37,746 nucleotides of DNA from Nemertoderma westbladi (Eukaryota; Animalia; Xenacoelomorpha). The DNA lies in NCBI GenBank assembly GCA_032718475.1, contig JAUCBJ010002166.1:1-37746 (forward strand), given 5' to 3'. Position numbers and translations under genes: made by a program. This document shows positions 1-11,301 of this stretch, piece after piece; position 1 is the first letter of the stretch; each line of letters begins with the position of its first letter. The notes below the pieces were generated by a model. The model ran no database searches. It worked only from the letters and a program-made list of their open reading frames with translations, and was not told the origin of the DNA.

Positions 1-270
1 CCCCCCCTCACCACCACCCCCTCACCACACCCCCCTTACCACCCCCCCCCTCACCACCCCCCCCTCACCACCCCCCCTCACCACCCCCCCTCACCACCCC
101 CCCCTCACCACCCCCCCCCTCACCACCACCCCCTCACCACCCCCCCCTCACCAACACCCCTCACCACCCCCCCTCACCACCACCCCCTCACACCACCCCC
201 CTCACCACCCCCCCCCTCACCACCCCCCCCCCTCACCACCCCCCCCCCCCCTCACCACCCCCCCCTCACC
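1..270. repeat. C-rich low-complexity tandem repeat, unit ~C(4-13)TCACCA; G-quadruplex-prone on the - strand
   Basis: About 20 copies of CnTCACCA with variable C-run length, seen directly; truncated by the window start. Confidence 0.9.
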
Positions 271-389
271 ACATCATCAATATTTGATATGAAAATTAAC
301 TTTCCCTCCTAAATCTTGAATAAGGACAGTAAAGGAAGTAATTAATACAGTACTTCTGTTATTGATACTAATATTGATTACTTTAACTA

Positions 390-403
390 GTTGCTATGGA
401 AAC
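390..403. promoter_or_regulatory. Candidate RFX X-box
   Basis: GTTGCTATGGAAAC closely matches the palindromic RFX consensus GTTGCCATGGCAAC; target gene unclear. Confidence 0.45.
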
Positions 404-923
404 TCGCACGGAGTTTTTCAAGAGTCATTTTTCTGTCGCGGTTTATATTATTTAATAGTAATTTATTTTTTTTTAACCCAGCCTCGTTTGATATTTCATA
501 TAAAATAGTGCCTTCGATAAAAAGTTTTCAAATTTTACTCCCTTGTCAATAGTTTGCCGTTGACACACCCGTTGGCATAATTTAACATGTAACTCCACCT
601 TTTGCAATTGCAATTTGGCACCTAACCCTTGAATAACTTTAAAAATTATCGGAGATTCTTTGAATTAGAAATATTTAACATTTTTTATGATGTTGATCTT
701 TAACCAGTATTGTGTTAGCTTTATTAATACCAAGGAAAATAGAAAATCAGTTATAAACGAAACACAGGCTTATTTAATTGGTATCTCGTGTTGCACATTA
801 GTACTATTCATATGACACGACGAATCCAAAAAATACTAAGTGGTAGTAATTATTATAACATATTATTCACCAAATAAATTATGACACATTCGAATTGCCT
901 TTATTATTGAGTTGTGTTGAAGT

Positions 924-1070
924 TTAAGCAATCTGTTGCTTTAGTTGTTTCAGCATTCGTCTCATCTTGTTCTCATCTAGTCGATGACATTGTCTGTCGA
1001 TGTGAACCTCGAACAATGCTGCCATAGCGCCGCTGTCCACAATGTCTTTATTCATCATATCAATAGTTAC
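924..1070 (-). CDS. SPATA7: SPATA7-like ciliary protein, exon 4 (terminal)
   Basis: Acceptor tttacag| then VTIDMMNKDIVDSGAMAALFEVHIDRQCHRLDENKMRRMLKQLKQQIA*. Resembles the recalled SPATA7 block VTDEILKLGLFSNRFLERLFERHIKQNKHHLEEEKMRHLL. Phase 0 with exon 3. Confidence 0.85.
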   Translation of the reverse strand, partial: VTIDMMNKDIVDSGAMAALFEVHIDRQCHRLDENKMRRMLKQLKQQIA

Positions 1071-1460
1071 CTGTAAATTATACATTTTAAGCTCCATGAC
1101 TAATTTAAAGTCTGCAGAGGCTCGTACTATTGTACTTTTTTAGAAATAACTTAATGGGGTTTACAGTAGGCCTAGGTTTAAGTCTATAGAAAAGATTTTT
1201 CTCAATAAGAGTTCTCAAAAAGTAAAAATTTCGAAACTATATCTAAATCACAAACGACAATAATTATTGATTGATTAAAAAAACAAATATTCTTAATTCC
1301 GTTTTTTTAAAGATACTTAGAGTCACCGGTAGGAGAGGTATTCCATTTAATTTCATTGTGCTTTCCCATGTGTTAGCAATCTGATTTCATATTGGCTTCG
1401 AACTTGACGCAACTGGTTATGTAACTTGAACGTTCGTTATTTTGTGTAAGTAACAAGGAC

Positions 1461-4400
1461 GACCTGCATTCCCATTCGCTATTTAACTTAGACCTGCTTT
1501 CCTATTCGCTATGTAACTTAGACCTGCTTTCCTATTCGCTATTTAACTTAGACCTGCTTTACTATTCGCTATTTAACTTAGACCTGCCCTGCATTCCCAT
1601 TCGCTATTTAACTTAGACCTGCTTTACTATTCGCTATGTAACTTAGACCTGCATTCCTATTCGCTATGTAACTTAGACCTGCTTTCCTATTCGCTATTTA
1701 ACTTAGACCTGCTTTCCTATTCGCTATTTAACTTAGACCTGCATTCCCATTCGCTATTTAACTTAGACCTGCTAGACCTGCTTTACTATTCGCTATTTAA
1801 CTTAGACCTGCATTCCCATTCGCTATTTAACTTAGACCTGCTTTACTATTCGCTATGTAACTTAGACCTGCATTCCTATTCGCTATGTAACTTAGACCTG
1901 CTTTCCTATTCGCTATTTAACTTAGACCTGCTTTCCTATTCGCTATTTAACTTAGACCTGCATTCCCATTCGCTATTTAACTTAGACCTGCTTTACTATT
2001 CGCTATTTAACTTAGACCTGCATTCCCATTCGCTATTTAACTTAGACCTGCTTTACTATTCGCTATGTAACTTAGACCTGCATTCCTATTCGCTATGTAA
2101 CTTAGACCTGCTTTCCTATTCGCTAATTAACTTAGACCTGCTTTACTATTCGCTATTTAACTTAGACCTGCATTCCCATTCGCTATTTAACTTAGACCTG
2201 CTTTACTATTCGCTATTTAATTTAGACCTGCATTCACATTCGCTATTTAACTTAGACCAGCTTTACTATTCGCTATTTAACGTAGACCTGCTTTCCTATT
2301 CGCTAATTAACTTAGACCTGCTTTACTATTCGCTATTTAACTTAGACCTGCATTCCCATTCGCTATTTAACTTAGACCTGCTTTACTATTCGCTATTTAA
2401 CTTAGACCTGCATTCCCATTCGCTATTTAACTTAGACCTGCTTTACTATTCGCTATTTAACTTAGACCTGCTTTACTATTCGCTATTTAACTTAGACCTG
2501 CATTCCCATTCGCTATTTAACTTAGACCTGCTTTACTATTCGCTATTTAACTTAGACCTGCATTCCCATTCGCTATTTAACTTATACCTGCTTTACTATT
2601 GGCTATTTAACTTAGACCTGCTTTCCTATTCGCTATTTAACTTAGACCTGCATTCCTATTCGCTATTTAACTTAGACCTGCTTTACTATTCGCTATTTAA
2701 CTTAGACCTGCTTTACTATTCGCTAATTAACTTAGACCTGCTAGACCTGCTTTACTATTCGCTATTTAACTTAGACCTGCTTTACTATTCGCTATTTAAC
2801 TTAGACCTGCTTTACTATTCGCTATTTAACTTAGACCTGCTTTACTATTCGCTATTTAACTTAGACCTGCTAGACCTGCTTTACTATTCGCTATTTAACT
2901 TAGACCTGCTTTACTATTCGCTATTTAACTTAGACCTGCATTCCCATTCGCTATTTAACTTAGACCTGCTTTACTATTCGCTATTTAACTTAGACCTGCA
3001 TTCCCATTCGCTATTTAACTTAGACCTGCTAGACCTGCTTTCCTATTCGCTATTTAACTTAGACCTGCATTCCCATTCGCTATTTAACTTAGACCTGCTT
3101 TCCTATTCGCTATTTAACTTAGACCTGCTAGACCTGCTTTACTATTCGCTATTTAACTTAGACCTGCTTTACTATTCGCTATTTAACTTAGACCTGCATT
3201 CCCATTCGCTATTTAACTTAGACCTGCTTTACTATTCGCTATTTAACTTAGACCTGCATTCCCATTCGCTATTTAACTTAGACCTGCTAGACCTGCTTTC
3301 CTATTCGCTATTTAACTTAGACCTGCTAGACCTGCTTTACTATTCGCTATTTAACTTAGACCTGCATTCCCATTCGCTATTTAACTTAGACCTGCTTTAC
3401 TATTCGCTATGTAACTTAGACCTGCATTCCTATTCGCTATGTAACTTAGACCTGCTTTACTATTCGCTATTTAACTTAGACCTGCATTCCCATTCGCTAT
3501 TTAACTTAGACCTGCTAGACCTGCTTTCCTATTCGCTATTTAACTTAGACCTGCTAGACCTGCTTTACTATTCGCTATTTAACTTAGACCTGCTTTACTA
3601 TTCGCTATGTAACTTAGACCTGCTTTACTATTCGCTACTTAACTTAGACCTGCATTCCCATTCGCTATTTAACTTAGACCTGCTTTACTATTCGCTATGT
3701 AACTTAGACCTGCATTCCTATTCGCTATGTAACTTAGACCTGCTTTCCTATTCGCTATTTAACTTAGACCTGCTTTCCTATTCGCTATTTAACTTAGACC
3801 TGCATTCCCATTCGCTATTTAACTTAGACCTGCTAGACCTGCTTTACTATTCGCTATTTAACTTAGACCTGCTTTACTATTCGCTATGTAACTTAGACCT
3901 GCATTCCTATTCGCTATGTAACTTAGACCTGCTTTCCTATTCGCTAATTAACTTAGACCTGCTTTACTATTCGCTATTTAACTTAGACCTGCATTCCCAT
4001 TCGCTATTTAACTTAGACCTGCTTTACTATTCGCTATTTAATTTAGACCTGCATTCCCATTCGCTATTTAACTTAGACCAGCTTTACTATTCGCTATTTA
4101 ACGTAGACCTGCTTTCCTATTCGCTAATTAACTTAGACCTGCTTTACTATTCGCTATTTAACTTAGACCTGCATTCCCATTCGCTATTTAACTTAGACCT
4201 GCTTTACTATTCGCTATTTAACTTAGACCTGCATTCCCATTCGCTATTTAACTTAGACCTGCTTTACTATTCGCTATTTAACTTAGACCTGCTTTACTAT
4301 TCGCTATTTAACTTAGACCTGCATTCCCATTCGCTATTTAACTTAGACCTGCTTTACTATTCGCTATTTAACTTAGACCTGCATTCCCATTCGCTATTTA

Positions 4401-7388
4401 ACTTATACCTGCTTTACTATTGGCTATTTAACTTAGACCTACTTTCCTATTCGCTATTTAACTTAGACCTGCATTCCTATTCGCTATTTAACTTAGACCT
4501 GCTTTACTATTCGCTATTTAACTTAGACCTGCTTTCCTATTCGCTATTTAACTTAGACCTGCATTCCCATTCGCTATTTAACTTAGACCTGCATTCCCAT
4601 TCGCTATTTAACTTAGACCTGCTTTACTATTCGCTATTTAACTTAGACCTGCTTTACTATTCGCTATTTAACTTAGACCTGCATTCCCATTCGCTATTTA
4701 ACTTAGACCTGCTTTACTATTCGCTATTTAACTTAGACCTGCATTCCCATTCGCTATTTAACTTATACCTGCTTTACTATTCGCTATTTAACTTAGACCT
4801 GCTTTACTATTCGCTATGTAACTTAGACCTGCTTTACTATTCGCTGTTTAACTTAGACTTTCTTTACCATTCGCTATGTAACTTAGACCAGCATTCCTAT
4901 TCGCTATGTAACTTAGACCTGCTTTACTATTCGCTATTTAACTTAGACCTGCATTCCCATTCGCTATTTAACTTAGACCTGCTTTACTATTCGCTATTTA
5001 ACTTAGACCTGCATTCCCATTCGCTATTTAACTTATACCTGCTTTACTATTCGCTATTTAACTTAGACCTGCTTTACTATTCGCTATTTAACTTAGACCT
5101 GCTTTACTATTCGCTATTTAACTTAGACCTGCTTTCCTATTCGCTATTTAACTTAGACCTGCATTCCCATTCGCTATTTAACTTAGACCTGCATTCCCAT
5201 TCGCTATTTAACTTAGACCTGCTTTACTATTCGCTATTTAACTTAGACCTGCTTTACTATTCGCTATTTAACTTAGACCTGCATTCCCATTCGCTATTTA
5301 ACTTAGACCTGCTTTACTATTCGCTATTTAACTTAGACCTGCATTCCCATTCGCTATTTAACTTATACCTGCTTTACTATTCGCTATTTAACTTAGACCT
5401 GCATTCCCATTCGCTATTTAACTTAGACCTGCTTTACTATTCGCTATTTAAGGTAGACCTGCTTTCCTATTCGCTATTTAACTTAGACCTGCTTTACTAT
5501 TCGCTATTTAACTTAGACCTGCATTCCCATTCGCTATTTAACTTATACCTGCTTTACTATTCGCTATTTAACTTAGACCTGCTTTACTATTCGCTAATTA
5601 ACTTAGACCTGCATTCCCATTCGCTATTTAACTTAGACCTGCTTTACTATTCGCTATGTAACTTAGACCAGCATTCCTATTCGCTATGTAACTTAGACCT
5701 GCTTTACTATTCGCTATTTAACTTAGACCTGCTTTACTAATCGCTATTTAACTTAGACCTGCTTTCCTATTCGCTATTTAACTTAGACCTGCATTCCCAT
5801 TCGCTATTTAACTTATACCTGCTTTCCTATTCGCTATTTAACTTAGACCTGCATTCCCATTCGCTATTTAACTTATACCTGCTTTCCTATTCGCTATTTA
5901 ACTTAGACCTGCTTTACTATTCGCTACTTAACTTAGACCTGCATTCCCATTCGCTATTTAACTTAGACCTGCTTTACTATTCGCTATTTAACTTAGACCT
6001 GCTTTACTAATCGCTATTTAACTTAGACCTGCTTTCCTATTCGCTATTTAACTTAGACCTGCATTCCCATTCGCTATTTAACTTATACCTGCTTTCCTAT
6101 TCGCTATTTAACTTAGACCTGCTTTACTATTCGCTACTTAACTTAGACCTGCATTCCCATTCGCTATTTAACTTAGACCTGCTTTACTATTGGCTATTTA
6201 ACTTAGACCTGCTTTCCTATTCGCTATTTAACTTAGACCTGCTTTACTATTCGCTATTTAACTTAGACCTGCTTTACTAATCGCTATTTAACTTAGACCT
6301 GCTTTCCTATTCGCTATTTAACTTAGACCTGCATTCCCATTCGCTATTTAACTTATACCTGCTTTCCTATTCGCTATTTAACTTAGACCTGCTTTACTAT
6401 TCGCTATTTAACTTAGACCTGCTTTACTAATCGCTATTTAACTTAGACCTGCTTTCCTATTCGCTATTTAACTTAGACCTGCATTCCCATTCGCTATTTA
6501 ACTTATACCTGCTTTCCTATTCGCTATTTAACTTAGACCTGCTTTACTATTCGCTACTTAACTTAGACCTGCATTCCCATTCGCTATTTAACTTAGACCT
6601 GCTTTACTATTCGCTATTTAACTTAGACCTGCTTTCCTATTCGCTATTTAACTTATACCTGCTTTACTATTGGCTATTTAACTTAGACCTGCTTTCCTAT
6701 TCGCTATTTAACTTAGACCTGCATTCCTATTCGCTATTTAACTTAGACCTGCTTTACTATTCGCTATTTAACTTAGACCTGCTTTCCTATTCGCTATTTA
6801 ACTTAGACCTGCTAGACCTGCTTTACTATTCGCTATTTAACTTAGACCTGCTTTACTATTCGCTAATTAACTTAGACCTGCTTTACTATTCGCTATTTAA
6901 CTTATACCTGCTTTACTATTCGCTAATTAACTTAGACCTGCTTTACTATTCGCTATTTAACTTATACCTGCTTTACTATTCGCTAATTAACTTAGACCTG
7001 CTTTACTATTCGCTATGTAACTTAGACCTGCATTCCTATTCGCTATGTAACTTAGACCTGCTTTACTATTCGCTATTTAACTTATACCTGCTTTACTATT
7101 CGCTAATTAACTTAGACCTGCTTTACTATTCGCTATTTAACTTAGACCTGCTAGACCTGCATTCCCATTCGCTATTTAACTTAGACCTGCTTTCCTATTC
7201 GCTATGTAACTTAGACCTGCTTTACTATTCGCTATTTAACTTAGACCTGCTAGACCTGCATTCCCATTCGCTATTTAACTTAGACCTGCTTTCCTATTCG
7301 CTATGTAACTTAGACCTGCTTTACTATTCGCTATTTAACTTAGACCTGCTTTCCTATTCGCTATGTAACTTAGAACTGCTTTCCATTT
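1461..7388. repeat. 30-bp tandem satellite, consensus GACCTGCTTTACTATTCGCTATTTAACTTA, ~190-200 copies, inside SPATA7 intron 3
   Basis: Seen directly. Variants TTTACT/ATTCCC/TTTCCT/ATTCCT and TTT/TGT/ATT, plus recurrent 9-bp insertions (TAGACCTGC duplicated). No spacers. Confidence 0.98.
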
Positions 7389-7415
7389 ACTTTAATAATT
7401 ATAAGTAAGTCTCAC

Positions 7416-7557
7416 ATCGCTTAGGAAACTCAAGTATTTCATTTCCTCTTCTTCTGCTTCTAATTTCTCTGTCGTCTGGGACCTGGATTCGCGACGCACA
7501 CTCCGTAGCAACCGCTCTGATTGGTTGCTATCGATACTCCGAGTGGATTGGGGTCCG
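7416..7557 (-). CDS. SPATA7: SPATA7-like, exon 3
   Basis: Acceptor ttttgacag| and donor GAT|gtgaga; encodes ...TTEKLEAEEEEMKYLSFLSD, matching SPATA7 EEELLYLSFIED. 142 nt fits phases 2 and 0. Confidence 0.85.
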
Positions 7558-7739
7558 CTGTCAAAATAAATAAAAATTAATTAATTAATATTTCGTATTG
7601 TTCCACTCAAGTACATAAACAATAATATCAATGTTCTCGTGTTTTAAGTGAAGGCCATTTTTCATGATCTATCTTCGCGTTATATTTTCCGGCACTCACA
7701 ATTCCCTATGCTTCCTTCGCAGTGAACACATTTCCTTAC

Positions 7740-8411
7740 CGGTATATATTAGCTGTGTTTTTCGCTTGTTTTTGCAACCATTTCTGGTGATCTGCGTCTC
7801 GTTCTATAGGCAACGGAGATATGTCCCGGTATCCGGATCTGTGACGGGGGCTGGGGTCTATGTAGCCGGATCTGTGGCGGGTACTGGGGTCTATGTAGCC
7901 GGATCTGTGAGGGGGACTGGGGTCTTTGTAGCCCGATCTGTGAGCGGGGCTAATGTCCCTGTACCCGCCCATTCTGTGTGTAGACGGCGGGCTGTAATAA
8001 TCTGGCATGGTACGCAGTTTAGAGACGGCGTATTTCCCGGATCTCAAGGTCATCGGCGTAAACGGTTTCTCGGGTTTGTTGAAGAAGTCCTCGTGTGTGT
8101 CCAATAGGTCCCCTTCGCAGGGTCGCTGCGACGGCTGGTCGGGGGAGGTCTGTCTGTAGCGAAGCCCCTGCCCTGAGGGTATCCGCTGCCTCGAGATTCG
8201 CTCGTCCCGTAATTGCTCGCCGTAGAATGCCTCCCGTCGTTGTTTAGCTATCTCTCTATCCAGTCTCTCCAGCAGTGTAGCACGTGGGTCACCCTGCGGT
8301 GCGTCGCCGCTAGATGGTGTACGCCGCCTGCGCGTCTGATCCCTCATAGCGTCGCGGCGTTCTTGATCCTTCAGCTTTTGGGATATTCCGATCGGCATAG
8401 ATGTGTCGACC
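7740..8411 (-). CDS. SPATA7: SPATA7-like, exon 2 (HSD3-type motif)
   Basis: Acceptor ctccag| and donor CG|gtaagg. VDTSMPIGISQKLKDQERR and GDLLDTHEDFFNKPEKPFTPMTLRS..YYSP match recalled SPATA7 VDCSVP..IKYADQQRR and GDLLDKHSELF..PFTPRTLK..YYTP. Confidence 0.88.
7814..7978 (-). repeat. In-frame ~33-bp coding repeat (HRSGY[K/I/R]D[P/I]Sxx, ~5 copies) in SPATA7 exon 2
   Basis: Visible in both DNA and translation. Confidence 0.85.
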
Positions 8412-8468
8412 CTGGAGTTGGGAGATGTAATAGGGGATTCATTACAAAATAGTTTAAAATACTTTAGG

Positions 8469-8743
8469 AAACAAGCGCGAAATCGCGCAAAGGTCCGCGT
8501 CTACTAACGCATTAACTGTCTCCTTGAATGGCTTAATTCCAATCTTACTATAAAAAAAAATCACCGGAATGGGGGGGGGGGGGGGTTGAACACGGTACCT
8601 AGAGATTCCAAGTACCTCGCTCTGCCAACTGAGCCACTGGGGCCGTATCAAGCGTTAATACCAAAACCTAACGAGAAATTAACAACACCAACAACAACAA
8701 CAACCGAGTGAATACTAGAGCTCTCGCTACGCGGACCTAAAAA
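8469..8743 (-). mobile_element. Non-autonomous Helentron/DINE-1 (HINE)-like element in SPATA7 intron 1
   Basis: On the - strand: T-run, subterminal repeat AGGTCCGCGT (8729-8738), (TTG)n microsatellite, inverted copy (8491-8500), GCGCGA-TT-TCGCGC hairpin (8475-8488), T-rich end. This is the known HINE layout. Confidence 0.6.
8573..8644 (-). pseudogene. tRNA-derived segment (Pro-TGG-like, degenerate) inside the HINE-like element
   Basis: A box TGGCTCAGTTGG, D-arm GCTC/GAGC, loop CT-TGG-AA, B box GTTCAACC. Anticodon and T stems are imperfect and run into poly-C. Confidence 0.5.
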
Positions 8744-9120
8744 TTATTTAAAAATTGGTTTGTAAGTTGGAAAGAATTGAATAGTTTAGACATTGCTTAT
8801 GATAAAGTAAGTATACTTACTTTGTAAAATTGTTAAAATATTTATTATCATTCATTATAATTATTTACTAAATTCAAATTGTATTTACATCTATATACCG
8901 AAACGTTTTATTTAAAGTTCGATCTCTAATAAGTCAGTAATTTCTTAAAGAAATAAAGAAGTATGTATTACAGTACATGTGCTCTTTTTGAGATTTGTTT
9001 TTTCATTAACAACACCTTTCCATGGCAGTAAATTCCATGGAATAAATATTAAATCTCTTCCCACAACCTCAACCTTATTTTTCCACACATCAGTTTTATA
9101 TAATTTTTGTTGCTCTCTAC

Positions 9121-9269
9121 CTGGGTTTCGCGTTCTCCACTAATAGGATGTGATGGAACATATTCTCTTGGCGTAATAACTGTTCGGTTAGGTTATTGGC
9201 GACGGGAGCGAACGGGCTGCTCTTGGTCAACATGGTCCCTCGGAAGGGAGACTCCATAAGCGAAGTCAT
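9121..9269 (-). CDS. SPATA7: SPATA7-like, exon 1 (spliced product ~369 aa)
   Basis: MTSLMESPFRGTMLTKSSPF..QENMFHHILLVENAKPR vs recalled SPATA7 LFKGHLSTKSNAF..KNHMAVHYNKILSAKA. Donor CAG|gtagag, phase 2, joins exon 2 in frame. Confidence 0.82.
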
Positions 9270-10335
9270 TCCGTGATGTTTCTTCTAGATAATCGTAATG
9301 TTTAATATAAATACGGTAAAAAACTGCTTTACAACCCTTGAACGAGGTACCTTACAGTAGAACTGAAATGATAGACATCATACACCGTAGGACTGCTAAC
9401 CCTAACCAAAATAATAAACCAAATACTACACAAAACTCGTCAGTGTAGGTCTACGGAAACTACAACATAGACTACAGCTTTGTGCAGTCATGTTTTATTG
9501 TACGTGCCGGTATTTACTTCAGAAACGCTGACCCCAAAACTGATAATATCCGTAAAACGTTAGACCTACTACAGTAAAAAAAAAGTTCAATTTAAAAACT
9601 GCGGGTGTTTGGATTTAATTATTATTAAACAAGTAATGTCGATGCACTGCATAAATAATAAACAAAATATACTAATGAGTTATTGCATCTAACCTGTATT
9701 TTTTATTCATTTAAAATGTTTTTATTTTAATTAAACCGAAATTCTGTATAGTTATGATGTTTTCAGGATGTAGCTGTAGCCTAATATACTTGCCTTTTAT
9801 TTGTTTCCTTTATTTTTTCTTGTTTCGATCGGTTAAACAATGTCACTGTCAAGTAATTCGTTACTAGCAAATCATATCATAAATGTAAAATACCGTAAAT
9901 TAATTATTATATATAAAATTAAATATTGTCAAACGTATATTTACAGTATATACAGTATAATTGTAATTAAAGTCAGATTCACTTGGATTTGGCAGTCGAC
10001 TGAGATACATTGCACGACTGCAGTACGCCCTATTATCCTTACTTTCTTTGCCATCTCTTTATTTATATCGTTGTCAAGGCAACATTTACGATGTATACAT
10101 ACATACAGCAATCCTATTGGATAATTCTTTAGAGTTCCAGCTGCCTAGCTTTATTACCTGTAGTAGGCCTATTGACAGCGCATTCAAATCACTTCTGGTG
10201 ACAATAATATCTGAATGAATCCAAGCCAGCATTATACAGTATCACCATCAAATTTGTAGGAAATAAAGAGGTGGTGTATTTTTTATTTTTATGTAACCAA
10301 CAAACACTAAATTATACCGTTAGAAACTATTCTAC

Positions 10336-10720
10336 GAATGCTACGCCGTGTTCACTGTGTCAAGTACAATGCACACATATCCAACCAGGCACTATATAAC
10401 ATTGGAGGTGTATCATTGGTTCCCCCAAGCTTGACACTAGAACAAAATCGCCTCCGCTTTGCAGGACATTGCTTTCGCCGTGAGGACCAGCCAGTGCATA
10501 ATCTTGTACTTTGGCAGCCTCGTGGAGTGAATAAGCATGGTGGACAGCCCATGACTTTCTTGAGACGCATCTTTAAAGGACACTCGCCTTGAAGATGCGG
10601 ATGATCTAACAAATGTCATGGGTGATAGGGAGTTGTGGCGGCGCAATTTTGTCAACAAGCCGGCACAGCATTCTTAAAAATGCAGCTGCAATGCACCATG
10701 CCGATCCTAGTAGTAGTAGT
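10336..10720 (+). mobile_element. 5'-truncated RTE-clade LINE copy with (TAG)n tail and 46-bp target-site duplication
   Basis: Near-identical to 35708-36090; flanked by direct repeats 10285-10330 and 10721-10766 (one mismatch). Confidence 0.95.
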
Positions 10721-11301
10721 ATTTTTATGTAACCAACAAACACTAAATGATACCGTTAGAAACTATCTTTAATGTTTGACCCATTGACGGTTAGGTTTTA
10801 GAGTTAGACTGGGAAAGTGGGAAACCTTGGTATCGAGTGTGGCATTTATTTTGATGTAATAAATGAATTTGTAGTTTCGAGCCGTTTTTTCATTTCTGAA
10901 CAACTTATTTCCATATCCTTTATTTTAATGGCCCTGTGATATGGCTACTTAGTTAATAAATTAATCATATAACAATAAAAATTAATTGCAGTAAAACAGA
11001 ATATATCCATATCTAAAACAACTAAATGTTTAATATAAAATGCCACCCATTTATGTACAGTACCTGTACCAGTCCAGTAGTTAGTTAATAAAGTAATCAT
11101 GAATTTAATTGAAAATTAATTTACTGTAAAACAATCATAACATAAATAAACATACGAATGTGTAATGTAAAATACACACATAAGTACCATAACTGTCTTT
11201 CATACAAAAATGAATGTATATACTGTAGATATACACTTTACTGACTGCAACTGTTACTTATTACTTATAATAGAACTCATCCCTTATAAACCCACACCCA
11301 G

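Noticed and set aside
1-270. Telomeric repeat
   Set aside because: Irregular unit length and not TTAGGG-like; ordinary low-complexity repeat.
1590-5737. ~4-kb stop-free + strand frame through the satellite (DLLYYSLFNL repeats; 9-bp indels keep frame)
   Set aside because: No start codon seen, antisense to SPATA7, and variants are mostly non-synonymous; openness follows trivially from a stop-free 30-bp monomer.
1461-7388. CRISPR array
   Set aside because: The 30-bp units are contiguous with no unique spacers; eukaryotic intron, no cas genes.
1461-7388. Recursive-splicing sites (each monomer has CAG|GT on the transcribed strand)
   Set aside because: No polypyrimidine tract (that strand is purine-rich) and GTCTAA is a poor donor.
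7664-8452. + strand ORFs 7664-8107 and 8213-8452
   Set aside because: Antisense shadows of SPATA7 exon 2.
8573-8644. Functional tRNA-Pro gene
   Set aside because: Mismatched anticodon stem, broken T and acceptor stems, embedded in a repeat.
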